Below are positions 10,740 to 23,689 of a DNA stretch of 64,000 bases, piece by piece. The stretch covers positions 118,854,001 through 118,918,000 of the forward strand of contig NC_135810.1 in NCBI RefSeq assembly GCF_964213995.1. The letters run 5' to 3'. Position 1 is the stretch's first letter. Each line of letters starts with the position of its first letter. A program made the position numbers and the translations under genes. The notes under the pieces were generated by a model, which saw only the letters and a program-made list of their open reading frames with translations, searched no databases and was not told the origin of the DNA. This stretch comes from Mustelus asterias. Lineage: Eukaryota.

Positions 10740-13700
10740 AGACAGAACTCCCTCAGTTCAGCACTTCCAACAATGCAGCACATTCAACAGTGCAGCCCTC
10801 CCTCGGTGCGGCACTCCCTCAGTGCAGCATTTCCAACAGTGCAGCACTCCCTCGGTGCGGCACTCCCAACAGTGCAGCACTCCCTCGGTTCAGCACTTCC
10901 AACAATGCAGCACATTCAACAGTGCAGCCCTCCCTCGGTGCGGCACTCCCTCAGTGCAGCACTCCCTCGGTGCAGCATTTCCAACACTGCAGCACTCCCT
11001 TGGTGCGGCACTCCCAACAGTGCAGCACTCCCTCGGTTCAGCACTTCCAACAATGCAGCACATTCAACTGTGCAGCCCTCCCTCAGTGCGGCACTCCCTC
11101 AGTGCAGCATTTCCAACAGTGCAGCACACGCTCACTGCAGCACTCCCTCGGTGCAGCACTCCTTCACTGCAGCACTTTTAACAGTGCAGCCCTCCCACAC
11201 CACAGCATTCCCTCAATGCAGCACTCCCTCAGCACAGCGCTGTCTCAGCACAGCCCTCCCTTAGTGCAGCCATCCCTCGGTGCAGCACTCCCTCAATGCA
11301 ACACTCCCTTAGTGCAGCCATCCCTCAATGTGGCACTCCCACAGTGTAGCACTCCTTCAGTGCGACATTTTCAACAATGGAGCACCCCCTCAGTGCCGCA
11401 CTCCGTCATTGCAGCACTCTCTCAGTACAGCACTAGCTCAGTACAGCACTCCCTCAGCGCAGCACTCCCTCAGCGCAGCACTCCCTCAGTGCAGGACTCC
11501 CTCAGTGCTGCACTCTCTCACTGCAACACTCTCTCAGTGCAGCGCTCCCTCAGTGCCGCACTCCCTCAGTACAGCACTCCCTCTGCGTAGCATTCCCTCA
11601 GCGCAGCACTCCCTGAGTGCAAAACTCCCTCAGTACAGCAGTCTCTCACTGCAGCACTCCCTTAGCGCAGTGCTCCCTCAGTGCGGCACTCCCTCAGTGC
11701 AGCACTCCCTCAGTGCCGGACTCCCTCAGTGCAACACTACCTCAATGAAGCACTCCCTCAGTGCAGCACTCCCTCAGTGCCCCACTCCCTCAGTGCAGCA
11801 CTCCCTCAGTGCTGCCCTCCCTCAGTGCGGCACTCCCTTGGTGCAGCACTCCCTCAGTGCCCCACTCCCTCAGTGCTGCCCTCCCTCAGTGCGGCACTCC
11901 CTCAGTGCAGCACTCCCTCAGTGCCCCACTCCCTCAGTGCTGCCCTCCCTCAGTGTGCCACTCCCTCAGTGCAGCACTCCCTCAGTGCCCCACTCCCTCA
12001 GTGCTGCCCTCCCTCAGTGCTGCCCTCCCTCAGTGCGGCACTCCCTCAGTGCAGCACTCCCTCAGTGCAGCACTCCCTCAGTGCCCCACTCCCTCAGTGC
12101 CCCACTCCCTCAGTGCCCCACTCCCTCAGTGCTGCCCTCCCTCAGTGCGGCACTCCCTTGGTGCAGCACTCCCCCAGTGCCCCACTCCCTCAGTGCTGCC
12201 CTCCCTCAGTGCGGCACTCCCTCAGTGCTGCCCTCCCTCAGTGCAGCACTCCCTCAGTGCAGCACTCCCTCAGTGCTGCCCTCCCTCAGTGCAGCACTCC
12301 CTCAGTGCCCCACTCCCTCAGTGCTGCCCTCCCTCAGTGCTGCCCTCCCTCAGTGCGGCACTCCCTCAGTGCAGCACTCCCTCAGTGCAGCACTCCCTCA
12401 GTGCCCCACTCCCTCAGTGCCCCACTCCCTCAGTGCCCCACTCCCTCAGTGCGGCACTCCCTCAGTGCCCCACTCCCTCAGTGCCCCACACCCTCAGTGC
12501 TGCCCTCCCTCAGTGCTGCCCTCCCTCAGTGCGGCACTCCCTTGGTGCAGCACTCCCTCAGTGCGGCACTCCCTCAGTGCGGCACTCCCTCAGTGCGGCA
12601 CTCCCTCAGTGCGGCACTCCCTCAGTGCCCCACTCCCTCAGTGCCCCACTCCCTCAGTGCTGCCCTCCCTCAGTGCGGCACTCCCTTGGTGCAGCACTCC
12701 CTCAGTGCGGCACTCCCTCAGTGCGGCACTCCCTCAGTGCTGCCCTCCCTCAGTGCGGCACTCCCTCAGTGCTGCCCTCCCTCAGTGCTGCCCTCCCTCA
12801 GTGCGGCACTCCCTCAGTGCTGCACTCCCTCAGTGCCCCACTCCCTCAGTGCTGCACTCCCTCAGTGCGGCACTCCCTCAGTGCTGCACTCCCTCAGTGC
12901 CCCACACCCTCAGTGCCCCACTCCCTCATTGCCCCACTCCCTCAGTGCCCCACTCCCTCAGTGCCCCACTCCCTCAGTGCTGCCCTCCCTCAGTGCGGCA
13001 CTCCCTTGGTGGAGCACACCCTCAGTGCGGCACTCCCTCAGTGCGGCACTCCCTCAGTGCTGCCCTCCCTCAGTGCGGCACTCCCTTGGTGGAGCACTCC
13101 CTCAGTGCGGCACTCCCTCAGTGCTGCCCTCCCTCAGTGCGGCACTCCCTTGGTGGAGCACTCCCTCAGTGCGGCACTCCCTTGGTGGAGCACTCCCTCA
13201 GTGCGGCACTCCCTCAGTGCTGCACTCCCTCAGTGCGGCACTCCCTCAGTGCCCCACTCCCTCAGTGCCCCACTCCCTCAGTGCGGCACTCCCTCAGTGC
13301 AGCACTCCCTCAGTGCCCCACTCCCTCAGTGCTGCCCTCCCTCAGTGCGGCACTCCCTTGGTGCAGCACTCCCTCAGTGCCCCACTCCCTCAGTGCCCCA
13401 CTCCCTCAGTGCTGCCCTCCCTCAGTGCTGCCCTCCCTCAGTGCGGCCCTCCCTCAGTGCGGCACTCCCTCAGTGCCCCACTCCCTCAGTGCCCCACTCC
13501 CTCAGTGCGGCACTCCCTCAGTGCAGCACTCCCTCAGTGCCCCACTCCCTCAGTGCCCCACTCCCTCAGTGCCCCACTCCCTCAGTGCCCCACTCCCTCA
13601 GTGCCCCACTCCCTCAGTGCCCCACTCCCTCAGTGCGGCACTCCCTCAGTGCAGCACTCCCTCAGTGCCCCACTCCCTCAGTGCTGCCCTCCCTCAGTGC

Positions 13701-13957
13701 GGCACTCCCTTGGTGCAGCACTCCCTCAGTGCCCCACTCCCTCAGTGCGGCACTCCCTCAGTGCAGCACTCCCTCAGTGCCCCACTCCCTCAGTGCTGCC
13801 CTCCCTCAGTGCGGCACTCCCTTGGTGCAGCACTCCCTCAGTGCCCCACTCCCTCAGTGCCCCACTCCCTCAGTGCTGCCCTCCCTCAGTGCTGCCCTCC
13901 CTCAGTGCAGCCCTCCCTCAGTGCCCCACTCCCTCAGTGCTGCCCTCCCTCAGTGCA
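10740..13957. repeat. 16-bp minisatellite, consensus GCNNCACTCCCTCAGT, ~200 units
   Basis: Tandem array seen directly. Degenerate at 10740-11680, homogeneous further right, with variants gcag/gcgg/gccc/gctgccc. Confidence 0.97.
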
Positions 13958-16900
13958 GGGCTTTCAACAGTTTGCACATGTATATTCAAACTACCAACTC
14001 CAGATTTACTCTTGCCGGTACAGAGTAGAAACTGAAAGTAAACAGCAGCCTGTGCAACACCCTTATGACATCGCCATCAAATCAGGTGACCAGCTCTTAA
14101 AGCAATCAGGCAGTCACTTAAATATATAACAAAATAAAAGGTACAACTCTAAAGGGAGCTCGGAGCAGAGGGAGCTGGGTGTTTATGCACATAAATCATT
14201 GAAGGTGGCAGGACAGCTGGAGAGAGTGGTTCATAAAGCAGACAGCATCTTGATATTATCAATGGGGGCACAGAGACCAAGAGCAAGGAAGTTACAAAAC
14301 ACTGGTTCAGATTCAACTGGAGAAGTGAATCCAGTTGTGGGCATCCCTATTTTAGGAATCATGTGAAAGCATCAGGGAAGCACTGCAGAAAGATTTGTGA
14401 GAATGGTTCCAGGGATGAGGAACTTCAGTTACATAAAAGAATGAGAGAAATTGGAACGGATCTCCTGGGAGAAGAGAAGGCTGGGAGGAGATTTGATCGA
14501 AGTGTTCAAAATTATGAAGGGTCTGGACAGAGAGGATAGGGAGAAACCGTTTCCTTTAGTGGAAGGACCAAGAACAGAAGGACACTGATTTTAATATAAT
14601 TGGCAAAGGAAGCAATGGTGGTGTGTGGAGAAATCTTTTCACACAGCTAACGGTTAGGATCAAAAGGTCATGTACCAACCAACTCAAGTACAGATTCTTC
14701 CCTGCTGCCCTCAGACTTTTGAATGGACCTACCTCGCATTAAGTTGATCTTTCTCTACACCCGAGCTATGACTGTAACACTACATTCTGCACTCTCTCCT
14801 TTCCTTCTCTATGAACGGTATGCTTTGTCTGTATCGCGCGCAAGAAACAATACTTTTCACTGTATACTAATACATGTGACAATAATAAATCAATTTTTTT
14901 TTAATGTGCTGCCTGAAAGTGTGGAGGAGAAAGGGAATTGGATTATTATCTGGGAAAAAAAATGCAGGGTTACAGGGAAAAGGCAGGGGAATTGCACACG
15001 GTAGCACAGTGGTTAGCACTGCTGCCTCACAGCTCCAGGGACCCGGGTTCGATTCCCGGCTTGGGTCACTGTCTGTGTGGAGTTTGCACATTTTCCCCGT
15101 GTCTGCATGGGTTTCCTCTGGGTGCTCCAGTTTTCTCCCACAGTCCTTAAGATGTGCTGGTTAGGTGCACTGGCCATGCTTGATTCTCCCTCAGTGTACC
15201 CGAACAGGCGCTGGAGTGTGGCAACTAAGGGATTTTCATAGTAACTTCATTGCAGTGTTCATGTAAGCCTACTTGTAACACTAATCAATAAACTTTAAAC
15301 TTTAAACTATTTGGGTGACTTCTTCATAAAGCCAGCAGAGACATTGTGGGCTGAATGGCCTCCTTCCATGCTCTAACCATTCTATGATTCTACACTCAGC
15401 TACAACAGGAATTGACACATCTGGTCTTGCACCTTGGTCTACACAGAGTGTGGTAATCTGTACGAAAACATCAAGTACTGGGTGCCTTGAGATAAACAGC
15501 AGCATTTACCACAAAGTTCACAACAGGTCAGCGACATCTTGCGGGGGGTGGGGGACGGGGGGTGGGGAAGGTGGGGGACAATGCTCTGCTGCGATTCTTG
15601 GAATCAGGTGCTAGGTCTGTGTTTGACATCGAGACCCAGAGAGCAAACATTCAGGATGTGTGTGTCTGCAGGAGGTTAGCTGCAGTTTACACATAGTCAA
15701 GTGTCGCAGAGAGTTCAAATTGAAAAGCAGATTTTATAAGCTGCCTTTGTTTCAAGAGGGTTGAAGAGAAACTGCATAAACAATAGGACTTTGATGAAAC
15801 CTCTCCAGAAGTATTGTTCGATTTGATTTGATTTGATTTGATTTATTATTGTCACATGTATTAGTACACAGTGAAAAGTATTGTTTCTTGCACGCTATAC
15901 AGACAAAGCATACCGTTCATAGAGAAGGAAATGAGAGAGTGCAGAATGTAGTGTTACAGTCATAGCTAGGGAGGAGAAAGATCAACTTAATACAAGGAAG
16001 GTCCATTCAAAAGCCTGACAGCAGCAGCGAAGAAGCTGTTCTTGAGTCGGTTGGTACGTGATCTCAGACTTTTGTATCTTCTTCAGTGGTTAGCAGTGCT
16101 AACTATGCCACCATGTCGCCCTATTCCATGCAGATTTTAAAGAATCATTTCATAGGATTCCAGCATCTGTGGCAAGGTCAGCATTTATTGCCCATCCCCA
16201 GTGGTGGTGAGCTGCCTTCTTGAATCGCTGTAGTCCATGTGGTGTAGGCACGCCCACAGTGCTGTCGGGGAGGGAGTTCCAGGATTTTGACACAGCGATG
16301 GTGAAGGAACGGCCGATATATTTCCAAGTTAGGATGCTGAGTGACTCGGGGGAGGAACTTGCAGGTGGTGGTGTTCCCAGGGCAAAAACCTTCACTTTGT
16401 CAGCGGGATTGGATAATGCACAGGGTTCGAGATTCTTCAGTAACAGTCTCGATAAAACATTCCATTTTGCCCCAGTGTCAGTTTTGACTTTGAGTTTGCT
16501 TTGTTGAGCATTGACTGGAAGCTCAGTCACTGAGTGTGTTTGAAGCAGAGATTGATAGATTTCTGCTTAACAATAACGTAAAGGATCATGGGGATAGTGA
16601 TTGCACTATGTCCAATCAGCCATGATCGTATTGAATGGTGGGCAGAGCAAGTTCGATGGGCTGAATGGCCCATGTCTGCTCCTAAGTTCCAACCTTGTGA
16701 ATATTTCACTCTTTTCTGTGATGAGGCCAACAGATTCACAATGGAATGTTTCCAGGGGTTCAAGGTTTTGATTTATCTCCAGCTCATTCACTTGGTTTAT
16801 ATTTAAGCTTATGTTTATTTGTTAGTGTCACAAGTAAGGCTTACATTCACACTGCAATGAAGTTACTGTGAAAATCCCCTAGTCGCCACACTCCGGCACC

Positions 16901-17145
16901 TGTTTGGGTACACTGAGGGGGAACTTAGCATGGCCAATGCACCCTAACCAACACGTCTTTCGGACTGTGGGAGGAAACCGGAGCATCCGGTGGAAACCCA
17001 CGCAGACACGGGGAGAACGTGCAGACTCCGCACAGACAGTGCCCCAAGCCGGAAATTGAATGGGCAGGATCAGGGGCGTTGCAGGTGACACCAGGCGTGC
17101 TGAGCTTTGGGGAGGTAGCTGGCTGCAGCATGCCCTGAGATAGTA

Positions 17146-17318
17146 CAGTGCGGCCCTGTTATAACGCGATGGTTGGGGTCCATAAAAGCGGGGTCGCGAA
17201 AAAAGCGGGGTTGCGCTAAATTTGCCAATTATTAGCGGGAAAAAAAGAGTCCAATGACACCATCGCGTTATATCCGAATTCGCGCTAAATCGGGGCGCGT
17301 TAAATCGGGGTTCCACTG
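17146..17318. mobile_element. Tc1/mariner-pogo type MITE
   Basis: TA|CAGTG...CACTG|TA ends, imperfect ~23-bp TIRs (cagtgcggccctgttataacgcg / cgcgttaaatcggggttccactg), CpG-rich. Confidence 0.8.
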
Positions 17319-17747
17319 TACTTGGTTGACATGCCTTTAAGCCATAACACCTGGCAAAATGATTCCATTTGCCACATTTGTTGTACCTGTTAAATGCAAA
17401 GCATGTACTTCATTTTTGTAGGTGCTAGCCGTTACAGTTTGTGCAGGGTGTGTTTTGTACTAAAAAGATTTAATCTTCTCTTAATTCTTTAGTGCCCCTC
17501 TCAGACTGTTCATTCAACGTGCAAATATTAGCGGTGGATTCCAATGTTAAGACATTTGTTTTCATGGAGCAGTGGATTGCACTCACTGTCGCTGTGTATT
17601 CCACACACTACACGGTCTCTAACAAGTTCAGCAATGAGAACATCGAATTCACACTTTTTGCAGAATTTTGAGGGTTGAGACGAACGACTCTCTGGATTCA
17701 TCAGGTTTCTGGCTAGTGGTGTTGAAAGTGTATCTATCCACAATTAC

Positions 17748-18100
17748 GGGAGGCAATGGCCAAGTAGCATTATCACTATAATCCAGAAACTCAGCTAATG
17801 TTCTGGGGACCCGGGTTCGAATCCCGCCACGGCAGATGGTGGAATTTGAATTCAATGAAAAAAATATCTGGAATTAAGAATCTACTGATGACCATGAAAC
17901 CATTGTCGATTGTCAGAAAAACCCATTTCACTAATGTCCTTTAGGGAAGGAAATCTGCCATCTGTACCCGGTCTGGCCTACATGTGACTCCAGACCCACA
18001 GCAATGTGATTGACTCTCAACTGCCCTCCAAGGACAACTAGGGATGGGCAATAAATGCTGGCCGACCAGCGACGCCCGTATCCCGCAAATGAATTTTAAA
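17748..18100 (+). mobile_element. Second tRNA-derived SINE family
   Basis: B box gggttcgaatccc and core gggaaggaaatctgcc...ctggcctacatgtgactccaga. Other copies near 40300-40645(-), 45070-45390(+), 48000-48430. Confidence 0.7.
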
Positions 18101-18397
18101 AAGGATGCAGATTTGTCCAAACTCCTTCAGTCGTACCTCTTTGCCTTCCCTCTCCTGGAACAGGAAGGAATCCAGAGCAGAATTCTCCAGCCGTTCACAC
18201 CAACGGATTCTCCTGGCCCGCTGCAGCGAATGGAGATTTGGCCAAATATTCCGTCCTCACTGGCAGTGGCAACAGGGTGTGGATGGCCGGGGAATTCCGG
18301 CCCGGATTACTTCACAGCTTCCCAGCCTTCCAGGTTCAGCAACACGAAGGCTTGGACTTTCTTTGATTTGTTGGACAGACTGGCATAGCAGAAGACA

Positions 18398-19110
18398 CTT
18401 TGATTTTGATTTGATTTGATTTATTATTGTCACATGTATTAGTATACAGTGAAAAGTATTGTTTCTTGCGCGCTATACAGACAAAACATACTGTTCATAG
18501 AGAAGGAAAGGGGAGAGTGCAGAATGTAGTGTTAGAGTCATAGCTTGGGTGTAGAGAAAGATCAACTTAGTGCGAGGTAGGTCCATTCAAAAGTCTGATG
18601 GCAGCAGGGAAGAAGCTGCTCTTGAGTCGGTTGGTACGTGACCTCAGACTTTTGTATCTTTTTCCCGAAGGAAGAAGGTGGAAGAGAGAATGTCCGGGGT
18701 GCGTGGGGTCCTTAATTATGCTGGCTGCTTTGCCAGTGCAGCGGGAAGTGTAGACAGAGTCAATGGATGGGAGGCTGGTTTGCGTGATGGGTTGGGCTAC
18801 ATTCAGGATCTTTTGTAGCTTCTTGTGGTCTTGGTCAGAGCAGGAGCCATACCAAGCTGCGATACAACCAGAAAGAATGCTTTCTATGATGCATCTGTAA
18901 AAGTTGGTGAAAGTCCTGGTGGACTTGCCAAATTTCCTTAATCGTCTGAGAAAGTAGAGGCGTTGGTGGGCTTTCTTAACTATAGTGTCGGCATGGGGGG
19001 ACCAGGACAGGTTGTTGGTGATCTGGACACCTAAAAACTTGAAGCTCCCGACCCTTTCTACTTCGTCCCCATTGATCTAGACAGGGGCATCTTCTCCTTT
19101 ACGCTTCCTG
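18398..19110 (-). mobile_element. Rex1/Babar-type LINE 3' fragment
   Basis: (CAAAT)n tail and ASIIKDPTHPGHSLFHLLPSG-type C-terminus. Related copies at ~14670-14895(+), 15820-16085(-), 37340-37610(+), 61350-61560(+), 63575-64000(-). Confidence 0.7.
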
Positions 19111-21656
19111 AACATGCCATTCCTTCTCAAACCTTTTCCTGTTGTTGCTGATATTCTCATCAAGAATAAGCGAGTCGATGCATCTGCATTCTCGTGCTGT
19201 CTTGGCCAGCTCCTGATACCATTTAACCTTGTTAGGTTGTGTGTGAATGCTTAAACAATTTATTACCGTGCTACCCTATTGCTCTTAAATGGTGTGACTG
19301 CCGCCCCATGGGAGCGCACATCCGGCACCCTTCCACAAATCCCAATCACTGCCGGGGCACCGGTTGGTTGACAAATAATCATAGAATCCATAGATTCCCA
19401 CAGTGCAGAAGGAGGCCATTCAGCCCATCGAGCCTGCAACAACCACAATCCCACCCAGGCCCTATCCCCGTAACCCCACATATTTACTCTGTTAATCCCC
19501 TTGACACTAGGGTCAATTTAGCATGGCCAATCAACTGAACACCTTTAGAAATAATGCATGTTGCTTGTAAATGAATGCATGTTCTAAGAAAGGAATAGAT
19601 GGATATGCTGATAGGCTAAGATGAAGCAGATACGTTAGCAACGTTCGAGGTGTTTAAAGTTTATTTATTAGTGTCACAAGTCGGCTTACATTAACACTGC
19701 AATGAGGTTACTGTGAAAATCCCCTGGTCGCCACACTCCAGCGCATGTTTGGGTTACACTGAGGGAGAATTTAGCACGGCCAATGCACCTAACCAGCACG
19801 TCTTTCAGACTGTGGGAGGAAACCGGAGCAACCGGAGGAAACCCACGCAGACACGGGGAGAATGTGCAGACTCCACACAGACAGTGACCCAAACCGGGAA
19901 TCGAACCCGGGTCCCTGGCACTGTGAGGCAGCAGTGCTAACCATTATGCCACTATCTTTGCATACACATGAATGAGAGGCGAATAGAGGGGATGGAAACC
20001 ATGTATTGGTGCAGGCTTGGTGGGCTGAAGGGCCTGTTCCTGTGCTGTTTTGTTCTTTGCTCTTTGAAATACGGTGGGAGTAAGCTTATGTGGAGCATTA
20101 ACACCAGGATAGACCAATTATAGGCAGACCATTCAGTTAATGTTATAAAAATTCATTTATGGGGTGTGAGCTAGGCCAGCATTTATTACCCATCCCTAGT
20201 TGCCCTTGAGAAAGTGGTGGTGAGCTGCCTACTTGAACCTTCGCAGTCCCTGTGGTGCAGGTACATCCACAGTGCTGTTAGGGAGGAAGTCCCAGGATTT
20301 TGACCCAGCGATCTTGAAGGGACGGCCAATATATTTCCAAGTCAGGATGGTGAGTGGCTTAGAAGGGAATTTCCAGGCGCTGGTGTTTCCATGTATCTGC
20401 TGCTCTTGTCTTTCTAGGTGATAGAGGTTGCGGGTTTGGAAGATGCTGTCTAAGGAACCTTGGTGAGTTCCTGCAGTGCATCTTGTAGATGGTACACTGG
20501 ACTACACTGGTGTATGGACACCACATCAGTCTCCATCTCCCCAACTTTATCTAATATTGTCAATATATCTTTCTATTCCTTTGTCCCTTATGTGTTTTTC
20601 CAGCTTTTCTTTAAGTATTCTATACTGTTCACCTCAATTACTGCTTGAGATAGCAAGTTCTACGTTCTTATTACTATCTGGATACAGTAGTTTCTCCCGA
20701 ATTCTCTGCTGGATTTATTAGTGGTTATCTGATATTCATGACCTCTGATACTGGTCTCCCCACCAAGTGGAGCGATCTTCCCCACGTCTACCCTATCAAG
20801 CCCATTCGTAATTTGAAGGACCTCCAGGAGGTCACTCCTTAGCCTTCTCTTTTCTAGAGAAATTAGTCCCAGCAAGTCCAGCCTTCCGTGACCGGCACAA
20901 ACTCAAATTTCTGCCACGTAAATTTTTAATGCACTTTCTCCATCTCCGTGGAGACTTTTGACCCAGTTATTCCTAAATTACAAGTGCGAGGTAAAAGATT
21001 GAGTTGGATAGTGCAAGTTTTTTTTTAACTGTCTTTGGACATTCCATCTGGTTTATGGGGATTTGCGACTTGTGCAAAATTAGCCACATCAGAGGATTCA
21101 TGAACCCTTGAACCCAGAAGAAGTCTTCATGTTCTGCGATCATAGGGTGAATTATTTCAACATAAACCACACATTTGATTTCTACCGCATTGTGGTGCTG
21201 AGCAAGCTCTTGTTAAGAAGCCTCTGAGCGAGCTTTCTGCTGTCGTGTGGAGAGAATATGAGGGAAAGGCAAAAAAAAATAATGGGAAGGTGACAAAGAT
21301 GAGGGAGCGAAGGAGACACAACTTACCACTGTGGCGCAAAGGTTAGGTTGGTTGGTTATGCTAAATTGACCCTCATGTCAGGGGGATTAGCAGGGCAAAT
21401 ATGTGGGGTTACAGGGATAGGGCCTGGGTGGGATTGTGGTCGGTGCAGACTCGATGGGCCGAATGGCCTCCTTCTGCACTGTAGGGATTCTATGATTCTA
21501 TGATTATACGATAATGTCACCAGACTATTGATCCAGAGGTCCGAGATAATGCGCGGAGGTCATGGGTTCAAATCCCACCAGGGCTGCTGTTGGAATTCAT
21601 TAATTCAATTAATAAAATCTAGAACTGAAACATAGTCTCAGTAATAGTGGCTATGA

Positions 21657-21960
21657 GGGCGGCACAGTGGTTAGTACTGCAGCCTCACAGCACCAAGGGA
21701 ACCGGGTTTTATTCCCGTCTTGGGTCACTGTCTGTGCGGAGTCTGCACGTTCTCCCCGTGTCTGCGTGGGTTTCCTCCGGGTGCTCCGGTTTCCTCCCAC
21801 AGTCTGAAAGACGTGCTGGTTAGGGTGCATTGGCCATGCTAAATTCTCCCTCAGTGTACCCGAACAGGTGCCGGAGTGTGGCGATTAGGGGATTTTCACA
21901 GCTACTTCATTGCAGTGTTAATGTAAGCCTACTTGTGACACTAATAAATAAACTTTAAAC
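21657..21960 (+). mobile_element. HE1-head SINE with an alternative 3' tail (representative copy)
   Basis: Same head and core, but the tail is ...gtacccgaacaggYgccggagtgtggcgaYtagggg...aataaataaacttt. Copies near 14996, 16810, 19655, 36770, 45575, 49090, 55872, 57676, 61700. Confidence 0.85.
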
Positions 21961-22765
21961 TGAAGCAATCACTGATTGCTGTAGCATCCCATGTGGTCCA
22001 CAAATGCTCTTTCAGGAAGGAAATCTGCTACCTGGTCTGGCTTACATGTGACTTTAGACTCACAGTAATGTGGATGACTCTCAGCTGTCCCTCTGAAATA
22101 GAATCATAGAATCCCTACAGTGCAAAAGGAGGCCATTCGGCCCATCGAGTCTACACCAACAACAATCCCACCCAAGCCCTATTCCCATAACTCCATGCAT
22201 TTACCCTGCTAATCCCCCTGACACGAAGGGCCAATTTAGCATGGTCAATCCACCCAACCCACCCATCTTTCGGACTGTGGGAGGAAACCGGAGCACCCGG
22301 AGGAAATCCACATAAACATGGGGAGAAGATGCAAACTCCACGCAGGCAGTGTCCCAAGGCCGGAATCGAACCCATGTCCCTGGCGCTGTGAAGCAGCAGT
22401 GCTAACCACTGTGCCAACATGCCGCCCGGTGGCACGGTGGCCTAACAAGCCACTCAGTTCAAGGACAATTAGGGAGGGGCAAAAAATACTGTCTTGGAAC
22501 TATATCGCCTTTCCTTCACTGTTGCTGGTCAAATCCCAGGAAGTGTCTCTCTGACGGCATTGTGAGCGTACCTTTGCCACGTGGATCTCACCACCCTCCT
22601 CGCGGGCAGTTAGGAATGGGCAACTCAAATAGTGGCTTTACCCACAAGGCTAACATCCCATGAGTGAATAGAAAACAAAATGAGTATTGAGTTCAATTCT
22701 GGTCGCCACAATGCAGGAAAGATGTGGAGGCTTTGGAGAGGATACAGAAGAGGTTTACCAGGAAG

Positions 22766-23665
22766 TGTAAGGGAAATTGTACTGGATATTGTATGAGTTT
22801 AGTATGAAATTCAGATTCACTTGTAAGGGAAATTGTACTGGATATTGTATGAGTTTAGTATGAAATTCAGATTCACTTGTAAGGGAAATTGTACTGGATA
22901 TTGTATGAGTTTAGTATGGAATTCAGATTCACAGGTTTTAGTAAAATGATAAAGTAGATTTAGGTCTTAGTGAAATGATAAAGTAGATTTAGGTGAATAG
23001 TGAGATGGATATGTAACCTAAAGTAACTTCGTATGACCTAATATAATCAAGTGTAGTCGATATGATTAAAGTGGAGGAACTAGAAGAACTAAAGAAGTAA
23101 TATAGCAGTCACTGATTAGCAAAAGCAGACAATAGTCACTTAAGAAAACAAGAAAGACTGCTCGGTGGTTCAACTTAATAGCAGAGAGAATGTTTTCTTC
23201 TAAAAACACATTAGTAGACTATAAATCAGCAGGGGGGATGTCTTTTCTTCTAAACACATTCGCCTTAGCTTACAAAACCACGATTATTGTACAAACAGAA
23301 AAGTTCAGATAACAGCAAGAGTTATAACCACCATGGTTTAAGAAACGAAGAGATATAACAGTGAACGACCGATTGCAAAGAAAACAGATAAAGTGTCAAC
23401 TAAAAATAATGATGGCCAAAGAAAGAGCGGGCTGTAGGGTAAGATTACAACCAAGGACAGGCAGTAAAAGGGAGATAAGGATCTTGAGATAGGAGGCTGA
23501 AATGTACATAAAAGATTGTAAGCCCAAGAGCTCTTTGGAGTTTTCCGGACGCTCCCGGCTTTATCTCTTATGCTGAGAAATAAAGTCTTTTGCTTGAAAG
23601 ATCGCTGCTCAGACTCTCTGTTTTAAACTGATGTGAACGAATTGTCGTCCTGGGGAACCACGACA
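22766..23665 (+). repeat. 5' LTR (900 bp)
   Basis: Starts TGTAAGGG and ends CCACGACA. Three 56-bp tandem units at the U3 start, then two 29-bp units. TATA-like CATAAAA 23507-23513; AATAAA 23579-23584. Confidence 0.97.
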
Positions 23666-23669
23666 AAAT

Positions 23670-23689
23670 TGGCGCTGCTTAGCAGGGTT
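23670..23689 (+). promoter_or_regulatory. Primer binding site, tRNA-Ser-like
   Basis: TGGCGCTGCTTAGCAGGGTT starts 4 nt after the LTR end. It resembles the complement of vertebrate tRNA-Ser 3' ends (TGGCGCTGTGAGCAGG / TGGCGCAGCGAGCAGGGTT, from memory) with a one-base bulge. Confidence 0.7.

Larger units (their letters stand above)
16380..19230 (-). mobile_element. Shattered Gypsy-type LTR retrotransposon relic (gag and protease fragments)
   Basis: Collinear minus-strand peptides between younger inserts: DENISNNRKRFEKEW, KSKKVQAFVLLNLEG, DRYTFNTTSQKPDES...CEFDVLIAELVRDRVVCGI, NKCGKWNHFARC, KTDTGAKWNVL. Confidence 0.65.

Noticed and set aside
11328-14129. 933-, 784- and 755-aa ORFs in three frames
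   Set aside because: Artefacts of a stop-free 16-bp minisatellite; the same peptide period appears in all frames.
21080-21150. Possible small exon (PHQRIHEPLNPEEVFMFCDHR)
   Set aside because: Weak splice signals and no recognisable homology.
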